DNA from: Carcharhinus amblyrhynchos
Lineage: Eukaryota
Assembly: GCA_965287045.1 (NCBI GenBank)
Contig: OZ336872.1
Coordinates: forward strand, 21,576,001 to 21,640,000
Reading direction: 5' to 3'
Length of the DNA stretch: 64,000 nt
Position 1 is the stretch's first letter, and each line of letters starts with the position of its first letter. The translations under genes were made by a program, and so were the position numbers. The notes below the pieces were generated by a model. The model had not been told where the DNA came from. It was given only the letters and a program-made list of their open reading frames with translations, and ran no database searches. This document shows positions 1 through 13,833 of the stretch, piece after piece.

Positions 1-282
1 AAATGCATCCCTCACTCAGATTGAGGGGGGAAATGAGGGCAACATCACTTTTGGGAGAATTACAAAACTGAACTGTGCCCTGCATTCAGTAGTCTATCTG
101 ATGCAAAATAGCGAGCTTTGTTACAACTGTTGTCAAGATTAACCAATAAACCAACAATGCACAAACAACTCAAAGTGTTTGAAAGTCACAAAACACCATT
201 TATTTCTAACACAGCAATTCGTACACGCAGGCTGCATTGTTGGGATTATGCGAGTGAATTACAAGCAGCTATGAAAAGAATG

Positions 283-480
283 AATTTGTACTTCTATAGT
301 AATATTCCCAATCTCAGAATGTCCTAAAGCACTTTACACTCAATGAGTCACTTCTGAAGTGCAGTCACTGATCTATCTGTACAGGTAGACCGTGCACCTC
401 AGTTTCATCTGACAATGCAGCATTCCCTTAATGGTAACGATTCACCAGCTTTGATTATGTCCTGGCATGGGACTTTCTGA
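283..480 (-). mobile_element. Ancient L2-tailed (Deu-type) SINE remnant
   Basis: cagaatgtcctaaagcactttacactcaatgagtcacttctgaagtgcagtcactg resembles the L2-derived SINE tail. Related sequence occurs at about 24815-24975 and 45785-46030. Confidence 0.45.
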
Positions 481-952
481 TTGAGAGGTGAATGCACTAC
501 GAACCTTCCAAGTAAACAGCATGGTGCAGCTTTGGTCTCCAGAAGATACCTGGGAAAGTATCTATGTAGAGTTTCTGCTGCTTTACTTTTATGACAGTAC
601 TGGAACACAATGCCAAATTATATTTTTGTGAACTAAAAAAATAAAGCTTGACTGGACAAATAGTTAAAGACAAGTTAATTACTCTTGATGCAACAAATAG
701 ATAGATTACTAATGAAGCACACCAGTTCATTTTTCTAATTCTCCCAAAAGGGATGTTGCCCTCCTTCCCCAACCAACCTGGGGTACATTTGCAGAGTGTA
801 AAGATAAGTTAATTCTAGAAGTCCAACAACACATCACCAATCTGTCGGAGCACAAGCATAACTGACCTCTAACTCAAGAGTTGCAAAAAAGTAGAAAAGG
901 AAAATTGTATAATATATATTTGTAAAACCAACCAGAAGTTCAGCATTTATAC

Positions 953-1169
953 CTGCTGTCGTTCCACACCAATGCTGACTGTCCTAGTTGCATCCAAGCT
1001 ATTTTTGGTCAGTGCTAGAGGCTGTTCCATTGGCATACTTGGTAGTCCTATGCCAGCATAGGCATGATTGCTGAGATGGCTCATGGTTGACACTGCAGCA
1101 CGTTCTATTGGACTACGACTTCGCTCCCTATGTTGATCTTTTCGAAAATCCCCATTGACTGGTTTGGTC
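953..1169 (-). CDS. VGLL4: VGLL4-family coding exon 3 (TKPVNGDFRKDQHRERSRSPIERAAVSTMSHLSNHAYAGIGLPSMPMEQPLALTKNSLDATRTVSIGVERQQ)
   Basis: Lies inside ORF 947..1198. Acceptor tatgcag|G, donor CAG|gtataa, 217 nt, phase 2 to phase 0. Contains the VGLL4 motifs RERSRSPIERA, EQPLALTKNSLDA and ERQQ. Confidence 0.96.
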
Positions 1170-1777
1170 CTGCATAAATGGATTTGGTTAGTATTCATTA
1201 GTCACATAACATTTTTTGAAAACAATTACTACAACCTTGTGAATGTGCAGTACAACTGCATCTTTGAAACAGAACCAGATATGTAGAGCTTTGCATGATA
1301 GAAATTAACCATTCCATTCAAAGAAGTTACTCATGATGGGACAGCAGGAAGAACGAGGGAAAAGAAATTTACTTCAGTGTAAAAGCTAAAGCTGTACAAA
1401 GTCAGCAACAGGCTAATGTAAGTCAATGAACTGAAATGAACTAGCAGTCCACATTCAGAGGTATAAATAACCTAGCAGCCTAGCTCCCCATAAACAGCTT
1501 ACAACCAGATACAGTTGCGGTTTCCCAGCTTTTGACTGTGAAATAATAGTAAGAATTCTGGAAATATATAAGCCACAAGATACTAGTTATCAAAATCTGC
1601 AACTTTCCACTTACAGGCTTAAATTTTATTTAAATGAAGTCATCATATTCCAATATGTCCATCCAGAAATGTAATTATTTTCAAATTTTTACAAATAATC
1701 TATACAGAGTAAGCCTCTGTGTTACTGTTTTGCATCCAGAAATATACATGTGATAATCATCTTAATTTGACACAAAA

Positions 1778-1882
1778 CTGAATCTGTAGAAAGGTCATAT
1801 GGATTTGGAACATCAACTCTGCTTCTCTCTCCACAGATGCTGCCAGACCAGTTGAGTTTATCCAGCATCTTCTGTTTTTAAT
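1778..1882 (+). mobile_element. Penelope-related terminal repeat remnant
   Basis: ctctctccacagatgctgccagacc..tgagtttatccagcat.ttctgttttt. The same family appears at about 36090-36290 and 55015-55140. Confidence 0.55.
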
Positions 1883-3294
1883 TTATACAGTTCTTCACAG
1901 GTGGAACAATAACAGAATTGAAAAAAAGCAATGTTTGATGGTAACTAGTGATGGACAATAAATGTCTTGCCAGCATCACCCACATCAGGGGTATATATGA
2001 AAAAGGGGATTACGAACACTTATTGATTACTATAATCAGTTTGAGAGTGAAAAACTAGGTCCATCTTGATGCCATTTAAGGTGGGTACAGGAGATTGTAC
2101 AAAACTTGTTAACTAAGCCAGGTATCCATAGTTTCAAACATTGAGGGCTGTTACCCCTCACAAATAACATCGATTGCTCTGCTTTTCTGAAATAGTTTCT
2201 GATTATTAAAACACTTGTACAATTGAATACATTAATGCTCAACTGAATGGTGTTGTTTCCACAAATAAGCTTTTTCTGTACACAAATCTATCTTCCCATT
2301 TTCTGTTGCTCAATGTTTTGTGACTGTTTTTGTTTTAAATTATAGTATATTCAGTAATGTGTCATATAGGGGAACACAGGATGTGTGGTTTGTAATCAAC
2401 TACTCAGGCAAACATGCATTACATCTTAACCTCTCAATTAAGTTTGGCATAGAATCCCCTAACTTAGAGACAGTGCTTGCTTTGTTGAATTACACAAAAT
2501 GTATTTAAACTAGAAAAACAAATTAAATTTACACAACCTTCTACTTAACAACTACTTGCTAGATACTGATAAATTGTTCAAGTATTTTTTTCCCCTCCAG
2601 AAAATAAGATTATTTTCTTTTGAAGAGCAATATTTAATGAACTAGCATAGGAATTGGAATGACGGATTTTTATTGCTGTGCAGAATAAACACGGAGATTA
2701 AACCTTATGTTTTCTCAGTAAAATCAAACATTTCCATCAGCTGCCCTCAACAGTCCGTAATGTAACACTGGGTTCATTAAAATGGTTTTCTCTTCACATA
2801 AGGAAGAGCCAGAAAAACCATGATCAAGCTAAAATTGCAGCAACTTTGAAGATAAATGTACAATATCTATAGACTCTTAATAATAGCAGAAACTGAGCAT
2901 ACGAATGGGAGGGAGAAACTTTACTGGATAAAAAGTACTAGGCAAACTAAAACAAAGGCTAACAAGTCCCTTGTATCCTCTCTTCGGTTACCATGCCCTA
3001 AGAGGGCATTGACAACAATAGGCTTCCACATATTGGCCCTTAGCTTTGCTTGACAAAATACTACAGTAGTTTGCCATCGTCTTCTTCAGGTTCTAGCTGA
3101 TCAGGAGATTCACCCACACTTAGTACCTGCAATAGGCATATCAGAAAGTTTTGCTGGTTGATAATCAATCAAGTTATCAATGTACCTTACATGGCGAATA
3201 GGACATGAACCTGGAGATTTATCACCGTGCCACAGGACCACTCCCACCTGTGTCTTAGAGTCTTGAAATAAGTATTTGTTGAGAAAATGCACAA

Positions 3295-4718
3295 ATTATT
3301 ATCTTGCAAAATTCCCTAGATTCTGGAAAGGTCCCAGCAAATTTGAAAACCACTAATATATTGCTGCTATTCCAAGAAGGGGACAAAAAGCAGGAAAATA
3401 TAGGCCAGTTAGGCTAACATCCGTTATTGCAAAATGCTGGAATCCATTATTCTGTAACTAGGAACAAGACATTTAGAAAATCATAATACAATCAGACAGA
3501 GAAAGGGAAATCGTGTTTCACAGATTTATGAGAGTTCTTGGGGGATGTAAAAGCAGGATGAATAAAGGGGAACTAACAGATGAAATTATTTGAATTTCCA
3601 AAAGGCATTCGATAAAAGTTGCCACATAAAAGGTTACTGCCCAGAATAAAAGCTCAGTGTTAAGAGTAATATACCAACATAGAAAGACGATTGGCTAACT
3701 AACAGTATAGAGAGAGAGGCAGGATTAATGGGTCAATTTCAGGTTGGCAAACTGAGACTAGTGGGGTGCCACAGGGGATCAAGTGTTGGGGCCTCAAATA
3801 TTTACAATCTGTATTAATGACTTGGATGAAGGGATCGTGTGTATTGCAGCCAAATTTGCTGACGATTCAAAGCTAGATGGAAAAGCTAGGATACAAAGAA
3901 TCTGCAAGGAGAAGTAGACAGGTTAAGTGAGTGGGCAAATATTTGGCCAATGGAGTATAATGTGGGAAAATGTGAGGTTGTCCACTTGGCAGATACACAG
4001 AAATGAAAGATGATTTAAACGGAAAGAGACTACAAAATGCTGAGGTACAAAGGGATCTATAATATGAAAATTTCACATGCAGGGGCAACAAATTTAATGT
4101 TGGCCTTTGTACTCCATTTCTCTTGCATTAAACTCGCAAAGTCTTGCTATAAACACAAGTGACACCACCCTTGGATTACTGTGCAGAGTTCTGGTCTTTT
4201 TTAAGGAGGGGTATATTTTCATTGGATGCGGTACAGACAGGTTTGTTAGGTTGATTGCTCAGGTGAAAAGGTTGCCTTACGAGGCATGGTTGAGCAAGTT
4301 GGACCTATACTCATGGAGTTTGAGAACTGAGAGATGCTCTTGTTGAAACATACAAGATCCCAATGGGGCTTGATGGTGTAGATGTTCAGAGAATGTTTCC
4401 CTTCATGAAACTTAGAACTAGGGAATAGAGTTTCAGAATAAGGTGACTCCTATTTAAGATAGATGAGGAAGAATTTCTTCTCCGAAGGTTGTGAATCTTT
4501 GGAATTCTCTCCCCCAAAGCAGTGGAGGCTGGATCATGAAATATATTCAAGGTTGAATTAGACAGGTTTTTGAAATATAGAGGCATCAATGGTTATGGGG
4601 GACAGGCAGGAAAGTGGAATTGAGGTCAAGATCAGATCAGCATGATCTTACTAATTAACAGCGCAAGCTCAAGACATCACGTGGTCTTCTCTTGCTCCCC
4701 TTTATGTTCTTACATGTT
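3295..4718 (+). mobile_element. CR1 LINE, 5'-truncated, degenerate RT and 3' UTR
   Basis: Frameshifted remnants of NSLDSGKVP, GKYRPVRLTS, FQKAFDK, SGVPQG, AKFADDSKL, followed by a CR1-type 3' tail (ttatgttctt). Confidence 0.9.
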
Positions 4719-4986
4719 CAGAATAATATGTTGAAGTTTTGCATTTGCAGTTTATGATGTAATTCAACCTTCCCTTCTGAGTATTAAAACTTTGTAATAG
4801 TCATAATTTATATTCCATGTAAAAATATAGATACATATATTCATCATTCTGCATTTCCTGAAAATTACATCCTGCATTTCTTTCTGCTTCCCGAAGGATA
4901 TCCTCTTTAATATTCCAGTTCAGATGTTTTGCATTATGATGTCCAGGGAATTATGAACGTACATATGGGGGAAGGATCCTCCAAAA

Positions 4987-5234
4987 GTCTGAGATCATGT
5001 ACCAACCAACTCAAGAACAGCTTCTTCCCTGCTGCCAGACTTCTGAATGGACCCACCATATATTAAACTGATCTTTCTCTACACCCTAGCCATGACATCA
5101 ACACTATCTTCTGCACCCTCTCTTTCCTTCTCCCCTATGCACTCTATGAACAGTATATTTTTGGCTGTATAGTGCACAAAAAAACAATACTTTTCACTGA
5201 ATCCCAATAAACGTGACAATAATAAATCAAATCA
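4987..5234 (+). mobile_element. Rex1/Babar-like LINE 3' end
   Basis: ctcaagaacagcttcttccctgctgcc (LKNSFFPAA) and tail gtgacaataataaatcaaatca. Same family as 52221-53031. Confidence 0.7.
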
Positions 5235-5312
5235 CTCACTTTAGACATTCAAGATAGAGTCACCCATTCACATGTTGGCTTGAGTCAAGGGCTAGCTTTG
5301 TGTATACGGTTC

Positions 5313-5392
5313 TAGTTTAGGCAGGCATCACAATCAGCACAGGCTTGGAGGACTGAAGGGCATGTTCCTGTGCTGTACTTTTCTTTGTTCTT
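5313..5392 (+). mobile_element. CR1 3' tail fragment
   Basis: ggcttggaggactgaagggcatgttcctgtgctgtacttttctttgttctt. Confidence 0.7.
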
Positions 5393-6861
5393 ACAATCCA
5401 TTAAGGATCATTATGGTTACATATCACGTGATGCAATGACTCCCTGAGACCTACTACAAATGAACCACCCAATGTTGATTGTTAACCCTCTTCTTGTTCC
5501 CTAGACCTTGATTCCACCCATCCTACTTCAGATCCACAGCACACATCACCCAACAATACAAAAAACATGCATTATTGATCATATCCTCAAAATGCTTCAC
5601 AATTAATTAAACAGGAAAATTACCAAGCACCATAAACACGAGGTTATACTTCAACTCTTTAAACAAAACACATGCAAAATAAGAGAACAAAATAATTCAA
5701 TCCAAAGAAATATCCAACCTATTTGCAACTGCCATCTGCATCTCAGTTACTCTGAGGCGAACAGGCCCACCTTATGACAGAAGCTACTGTAAAACAAGAT
5801 CCTCACTTTATGAATGCCAGCATCACACTCATCAATATGGTCTCTTCAAACACATCACACCAGTCTGTCAGAGACACAGGCACTGACTGAACATGGAGTA
5901 AAGCTTCAGCATTTAATATGGAAAACACTTCACACACAAATTTTATTATTCACCCATTACTTCACTCACAGATTAGGATGTTCTTCACACTTGTGCCCAG
6001 TCTAACACCATACGGTAATCATGATTGTACTAATAAAACAGAATGCAACTGTGGAGGGAAAACAACAAAAAAGTGTTTTAAAACACTTTACAGACCAGGA
6101 ATTGTGCTAATTTACTGTGCTGCTGCTCTTTTTTTAAAAAGAAGTGGTAAAACACGAGCAGGGATGCATCTGCTAGTTTTGCATTGTACAGTATTCTTCC
6201 TTGCACACGAGACCGCCAAATTCTAAAGGGGGCCCAGTCAGGGTTCGCATTCTGCACTCATACACAGTAAAAGGTGGTTTATCAACAATTTCTGCACTTG
6301 GAGCTTAACATGCTAATTTATCAATTAGCAGTTAAACCTTTAAATCTAAATCTTCATCTTCATGGTTTTATGTATATTTTTCTGATTGCCTAAAATGAAC
6401 AAAATGTTTACAATATTGCATTTCTTTAGTATAGTAATAGCTAGGAATAGATTGACCTTGCACTGCTTTCTTCTTTAATCCTCAAAATACAGCAGAATGG
6501 AGAGTTTAACTTGGTGTGTGTATAATCAAAGCTTGCAACTTGGCACAAGAGCTGAATAGCATACAGAAAGTTTATACTGAGGATTGCCAATATTATTGCC
6601 ACTCAGTACAAGGAGTTTATTGGTGATTCCAATTCCACTGATTCAAGTCTGTTGTCCTAGAGCCTGGAGCAAGCACAATATATTCTCCAATCACCACTGC
6701 TTGTGAGCTAACAGTACAGCAGGGAGATTGATGTTCACTGCTGAACAAATAATTTTACCTCTACAGAACACACTGACTCAAACTTTAAAATTAATTGCAG
6801 CTGAACATGGAACTACCATCTGTTTTAAAAACAAAATAGAATGGAAGGGTTTGGTACTAAC

Positions 6862-6875
6862 CTCACTTTAATCAT
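6862..6875 (-). CDS. VGLL4: Alternative first coding exon of a short VGLL4 isoform (MIKV-R)
   Basis: Minus strand reads gacaATG ATT AAA GTG AG|gttagt. Phase 2 joins exon 3 in frame to give MIKVRTKPVNGD, matching a recalled short mammalian VGLL4 isoform start, MIKVRNKTANGD. Confidence 0.8.
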
Positions 6876-7868
6876 TGTCAAAAAGCATGAAGGCAGCCCA
6901 ACGTCCTCCCACAAGAAAGTCCAGGGCCCCTGAATCTTGGCAAGCTGTCTTATGAAAAGCTGGGCAGGCAGAAGCTATTTCAACATAAAAGCCTCTTGCA
7001 AATGCAGGGAATCAGCGCACTGCACATTTTCGTAATCTCCTTTAGACTGCACTACATGCAAATTAAGTTACTCACCGTAGAATAATACAATATTTAGTTC
7101 AAAAGCTTTTTATGTTAAAAAAGGCATTTGTCAAAGACTTGAGGTTAATTCTAGGCAACTAATTTTCTACATCATGCCAACTGTTTTTGCTTGTGGCATT
7201 TGCTGTCGACACAGATACGAAGCAACTGATCGATATAAAATGTCCAGAGAAAGGATTCTGTCAAGCTTCCCAACTCTCCTGCAGACTCTTAACACGGCAC
7301 ATTTGCCTGCTGGGGGAAGGCTGATGTCAGCGCTTGTGAACACAGCTCAGTGAAAGGATAAGGAGGCCTTTGTTTTCAGCTGAACTGTGAAAATGAGAAA
7401 ATGGCTCCAGCCGACAAACAAGAAACCCACACTGCACAGGTCATCCCAAGCCCTTTGCTTAAAGTACTCAACATAAAAGCTCCTTGCAAAACGAGAAATC
7501 AGTGTACTGCATTTTTAAAGTCCAATTTATGTACTCAATATATTCTTCTGCACAGAAGTTTTGTTTGTGAAGACATCTGGAAACAGAAGTGAGCGAAAGC
7601 AGAGGACTCTGGTAATAACTCACTTGAGCATGGGCATGGGGGCGGTGAAAATTTCCTCAAGATCTGCCACAAAGATAATAGTCAAATTATCATGTTACCC
7701 AAGTCCTGACAAGAGGATCTTTCATGCCAGTGGGGAATTAAATAAACTTAAAAGTTAAAGTGGGCTTACATTTTATAATTGCTCCAAACAATAAAGAGAA
7801 TTCATCTCTTCAGTTATTAGGGTCAATCCCACTTGTGCTTGCAACAAGGATGAACGCCCCAATCCCAA

Positions 7869-8158
7869 AGGGGTGACATGACACAGTGGTTAGCACTGCT
7901 GCCTTACAGTGCCAGGGACCCAGGTTGGGTCACTGTCTGTGTGGAGTTTGCACTTTCTCCCTGTGTCTGCATGGGTTTCCTCCAGCTGCTCTGATTTCCT
8001 CCCACAGTTGGAAAGACATGCTGGTTAGGTGCATTGGCCATGCTAAACTCTCCCTCAGTGTACCCAAACAGGTGCCTGAGTGTGGTGACTTGGATTTTCA
8101 CAGTAACTCCATTGCAGTGTTACTGTAACCCTACTTGTGACTAATATATAAACTTTTT
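7869..8158 (+). mobile_element. HE1/V-type tRNA-derived SINE
   Basis: A-box head acagtggttagcactgctgcc, central gtgtggagtttgcac..gggtttcctcc domain, tail gtgactaata..aaacttt. Confidence 0.9.
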
Positions 8159-9484
8159 AACTTAAGAGCTGGTAGTTTGCTACAAAGTAAAATAGAATGT
8201 ACTTCCATGAGCATCATTCTGATGATTGATCGCATATCCCATTCATGATGGCCCAGTCCAAAGGAAAATTAAATGCCACCACATGAAAAGTTGCTCTTGT
8301 CAATGCTAACGTTTATCAAAAATGTGAAACAAGGGCAAGATGGGGATTCACTACACAAATGGTCGGTAAATGACTTCAAAAAGTATTCGTTTCTCTGCTC
8401 CCTCCAAAAACTTCACAATGGGAGTTCATTAATTATACGGAACTGCACCATGAAGATAAAGATCCCTACTTCAATTTATAGTCTGTGCCAACCATAGGCA
8501 ATGTAACAGTCAAGTACGGTACTTGATCCTAACATCTGTGGGATAATGGATAGGAAAATCAGTCAGGATTCCAGCTCTGCTCAAAAGTCGCAAATGTTTG
8601 GATCTTCAGATGGCAAAACAAAACTGATCAAGTTTGCCCTTGCTGGTAAATCAGCCCATCGTCAGGGCTCACGTGAAGGAAAGTAATACCAACAGTTGCT
8701 TGGTGGTACAGACTTGACGATTACAGAAGAAAAAAAAGACATGCCATTGAAGCTTTTTATTTTTGCAACATCAGCGCAGATGCAAGAATGCCAAATTTAA
8801 AAAGGGAGCAGCAATTCCTACTGCATGAGGAAAAGGGTACAGATTGTTTGGCGAGACAACTCATCAACCAATCCAGCACCCTTTACAAGAGTAGGTCAAG
8901 AAAAATGGTGGAGCAAAAGCATGATGGAAGGAAGATTTCCCCCAGTCATTGGTGAAAGTTAAGCTACTCTTTTACTTCAGACATTTCTAGTATCCTAGTC
9001 ATTAGAACATTGTGATTAGGTCACTGAATAGAACCGGAACATCCTGCTCAATCAGAAACTCAAGTTGCCTAAATAATTTCAGTTTAGATGATTCAACCAA
9101 AACTCAATGTTGACATCTACTTCTACAGCAGTCAGTCTGAACTCGAGTGCGCAGTTGGTTCTTCCACCAATTTTGCAACAGAAATGGATTAATTTAAGAG
9201 TTACCCCTGCCATGGACTAATAATGTAAATCAGGTTTTTTTAAAAAACAGCTTCATTTTTAAAATAACTTTGTCAAGCTGAAACAAGCATGTGGCAACAA
9301 TGAGCTGAATTCAGTCTCAGTGCAAAGTAGTTCAATTTATAGATAACATCAAGCTTGAACCCCAAAGAAACAGGCAAGATCTTATTTAGAACTGAATAGC
9401 AAATTCACCTATCGACTGATCAGTAATGAAGCTCAATATGCAACTGCAGAAAGTAATATAAACTGGAAGTCACACCTAGACAAA

Positions 9485-10737
9485 GGTGGAATTCTCCCAC
9501 CCTGCCTGTGGCAGCGTGAACAGAGAGTCTACTGGGAGTCAAAAAGTCAAACGCGCCAGCATAAAGTCATATAGCAATCTTCCCAATAGCAGGCTAACAA
9601 TGGGTCTGTCTTCCTGCTTGCTAGTGGCATGAAAGCCATTTGCACCTCAGGAATGCTCACTAAAATAGCTGCCCACTAGCATCCCATCATGTCTTTCAAT
9701 CTTGTTACACCAGTCTATCAGTCTAAAACAAGGCAGCCTTCAGTATATCAGCCCACCGTCAGGGCTCATGTGAAGGAAAGTAATACCAACAGTCACTTGG
9801 TGGTATAAGATATTTGGGTTGTTGAACACTGCTGTAAGCTCTGCTACGCGTACCACTCTTGATGGGGTAGATCAGTTCCTGCCCTCCATCTCCATGTCGA
9901 GCTGGTCTTCATGGACAGCACCACGCTGCTGAACCCAAGGACTCTGCTGTGTCACCACCTTAGATCAGTACTGTGCCTGGGATTAGGAATGACAGGGGTC
10001 CTCTTGCCCTTGACACCACACAGCAGTGTTTATCTGCACAGGACTGCTGAGACTCATGCAGCCAGTGCCACATAGGACCTAAGTTCAACCAGAGGTCAAG
10101 GGCAAGGTGATGGTTTTTCTGGGAGTGTGGGGGAGGGGATGGCCTGATAAAGACAAGAAGGACAATGTGGAAGGAGGGTGATGACTCACAATGGCAGTAG
10201 AGGGATAAAGAGGTGGACAAAGAAGATAAATGATGGAAAGCAGAGGGAAGGGAAGCTGAAAACTTCACACAGGGATCAAACAGATACAACATCATTTACA
10301 GGCAGTGGTTGCAAGAAGACCCCCAGGTGCAGTGGGTAGATGTCCAAGTATGGCATGGGCACCTCATAGCTGACAGGCTCGGGGAGGGGAGAGGGGGATG
10401 GTTTGAATCAAAGAACTCTTCAAGCAGAAGACTTCTGCCTGAAGCTGATGGCCTTTTCCCTTGGGGTTGCTGACACCCTGTGCTGTCTGGGGAAGACAAG
10501 TGGGCTGAAGACAGTGATACCTTGTGTGTGTGCTGGACTGGTATTTAAAGATGGCGCCAGGACCTTCAAACCTGCCAGCTGCTGATGGACAGATGAATCA
10601 ACTGACAGTCCACCAGGTGACTCCTTCTGTGTATAATTAATGAGAATGGTGTGCAATCCCACCATTCTGGCTAATGGGAAAGGTGTTGCAGGAACAGCCT
10701 GCCACTGCACAAAGTCTCAAAATGGGAGAATTGCACC
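9485..10737. mobile_element. Non-autonomous DNA transposon with 15-bp TIRs (PIF/Harbinger-like)
   Basis: ggtggaattctccca (9485-9499) matches the reverse complement of tgggagaattgcacc (10723-10737) at 14/15 positions. GC-richer interior, no intact transposase. Confidence 0.7.
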
Positions 10738-10869
10738 AATACATTCTCTGATTATATGGAACGTGCCAAGTGGGAAATGTGGCTACATCTAGAAATCTAG
10801 TTGGCTCAAATTTAAATAGTGCAATGACTTCAAAATCTACAGAATACATATGGTGCTCTTATCATGTCA

Positions 10870-11480
10870 TACAAGAAATATAGTAAAATGGTTCAAGACG
10901 CTTCACAGTCACAATTATCAAATAATATTAGACACCAAGCCACACATGGAGATATTACCATGTATTGAAAAGCTTTGTCAAAGAGGTAGGGTTTAAAGAA
11001 GATTCTTAAACATGGAGAGGCAAGGAAATGAAGTTTGAGGAAATTCCAGATCATCGGGCCAAGCAGTTCAAGGCATAACTGTCAATGACACAGCAAAGAA
11101 AATCAGGGATCATGAGAGGCCAGAATTGGAGGACTGCAGAGACACTGGAAGGCAGTTTGAGATTACAGAAATAGGATGGGGCAAAATCACAGACGAGCTT
11201 GATAACAAAGACAAGAATTTTAAGATCGAGACAGCGCTGGACTGAGACTCAAATGTAGGTCAGTAAGCACAGGAGTGAATGGGACTTGCTGAAAATTAGC
11301 AACATAGTTTTGGAAGTGTTCATGTTCACAACAGATTGGAAGGCAGCCAGGAGAACATTCGAAAATGTTTGTCTAAACGGTAACAAAGGCATTGATTAGC
11401 ATTTTAGCAGATGAGCTGAGGCAGGGACAGAGATGAGCTGCATTATGGAAATGAAAGTAGGTATTCTTTGATTCAACCAA
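10870..11480 (-). mobile_element. Degenerate L2 LINE 3' region
   Basis: gacaccaagccaca..aaagctttgtcaaagaggtagggtttaaag. Similar to the purine-rich segment at 57310-57560. Confidence 0.6.
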
Positions 11481-13833
11481 ACTCATCCTCTGATACATCC
11501 ATATCCAATGGTCAAAATTAGATCAAACGGTAAAACGAGGGCAAAAACAGATGGGAACAGAGTTTTGCACCATTAACTTAAAAATATATAAAAGCCATGT
11601 ATTGTTTTGAGAGGCTATTCTTCTGTTCACTTTCTGTACCTCATCAAGCCTGTGGACTTTCTGCAGGTTATCTGGTTTTGGATCACGTCCACAAGTTTGC
11701 AATGGCTTATACAAACCAGCTTTTAGTTCATGGGCCAAAGTGAGTTATGAAAGCCAGAAGTTTACTAAAAGCTGTATTCTGCAGGAGCGAGAGTGTTTCA
11801 GGGAAAGAAAGAGTTCTGGAAGTAATTATATACCATCCGTTTTTACTGGCATTAAATTGCAGGGGTGTTTCCGTTTTTCTTTATCTTAAATACAGCTATT
11901 TGAACATGATTGTGACCCTCTATACAGTCTGATGCAAGATATTATTTTCAGCTGACGTTGTGAAAAACATGTCACACTGCAAGCACAAAACAAGGTGCAG
12001 CTTCCTTCTGAAAAAGAATAGATTGCGTTCATCGGATAAACAAAGAGGTTTTATTTCTTGGTGAGCCAGATGTGTGAGAATAAACAGAATTACGTTTTCA
12101 GTTAATATACTGCATCTCAACTGGTTGATTTTAATCATCCCTTAGTTCCAACTTGCTAGCAGATTGAAAAAAACCTAGAAAAACAGTGAATTACAAATTG
12201 GCATAAAGATTAAAGAAAAAAATCCAGTTCTTTTCTTTTGTGATATGCACAAAACCTCAGCTCTCATGTTGCGTTTAATGGGAAATTCCAAAAAGGCCCA
12301 GATGATCATGATTCAAGCACACTCCCAAGCAAGTTTCCGTATTACTGCATATAGCAAGCACCATCAGCCATGCTTTTTCCACCTCTGGGGTGAAAAGTTA
12401 ACTGCTCTTCTGACATTCCCCATTGGTCAAACTTTCTAGCAAAACTGATCTCAGAAGTTACCAGGAGCATACTGCTCATTCAGCTCGCAGGTAAGCACAA
12501 GGATAGAATGCCATCTTTGTTGCACTGTTGTGTACACAAGTTATTGGCAACTGCACATTTCCAATGACGCTGTATTGGTTCCTGCCACCGTGGATTTTTG
12601 GAAGGGAAAGAAATTACTAGTGCCAAAATGAATTGGTGTCAGTAAGCAAAGTTAGTCCCTTTCATACAACTGATATGATTTTAAAACAATAATATTCATC
12701 TTGCATGATATCACAAGAGCGAAGTACGTAACTGATTGGGTGTTCAGATAAATTCGTGCACATACTACCGGATTTCTTAACTACATTTTATAAACAACGT
12801 GGGGACATCATCCTGTTTTTGGAACCAAAGCATTGCGAACTTCCATTGTTCTTCTCAACTTCACTGCCAGAAAACATATTGCATTATGTCACCACCCACA
12901 TGTAAGTCATGAATAAATCTTGTTGTGTTACTATACTGTACCATAAAAGGAAACAGATTGTTGTGAATGGAGCTGCTAATTTTGTTCAAGTGTATGCAAT
13001 CTATCAAATTCTTTCCCTTTAAAATCTAGATATATGTATGAGTTTTATTTATTACTGTATTTTTATTACTGTTGATAAAGTGGTTCACTATTGATCTCCC
13101 AAAACACCTTCATTGAGGGCAACAGCCACATTTTTGTACCAATAGCTTTTAAAGAAATATAATCTTATTTGGGTTTCATAATATAATTTGAGTCAGGAGA
13201 AATGAAGTAGCTATGGCAGATTTCAATCCCAATACAACCGGAAACACAAATCACTGGCTGCTCATGCTCACAAACAAAAAATTTCCTCCTCTCCCTCCAC
13301 CCCAGTGACCTCATCAACCAGCAGCCAATATTGTTCCATTGAGACAGACACAATAGACAGGTCAGAAAGTCACGACAGTTTACAGGATCGACAGACAAGA
13401 GTCGATTCACCACAAATGGCTAAGGGGGAAGGGTCTGGAAGACTGCAGTGTTGAGGCTGCTGCTGCAAAAAAGACCTTAATGCAAACTATCAAAGGGAGG
13501 CATGCAAGTCAGAACTCTGATCTGAAGCAGATCATATTACTTCAGATCACACCACAAATCATCTGGAGCTGCACAGAACCAGCATCAAAATCTCCACACA
13601 ACTTGGCAAAACATCATGCATTTAACAATTGGCTGATTTGACACATCAATAACCACTGATCAGGTTGGAAAGGCTGCTTTACAGGCTGGATACTATTAAA
13701 AAAACTATTCATACACTTAGCCCGTTAAGCTGATAAAATACATTGATGTAGCCTGCAATGAAAAAGAAACTGGCTATTCATCAAAGTCTCCCTAAATGTT
13801 AAAAATCTGTATATGCTTTATGACTACACACTA

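Noticed and set aside
7869-7960. tRNA-like A/B boxes in SINE heads (also at 33619, 40365, 46416, 50317)
   Set aside because: These are SINE promoters, not tRNA genes; no complete cloverleaf.
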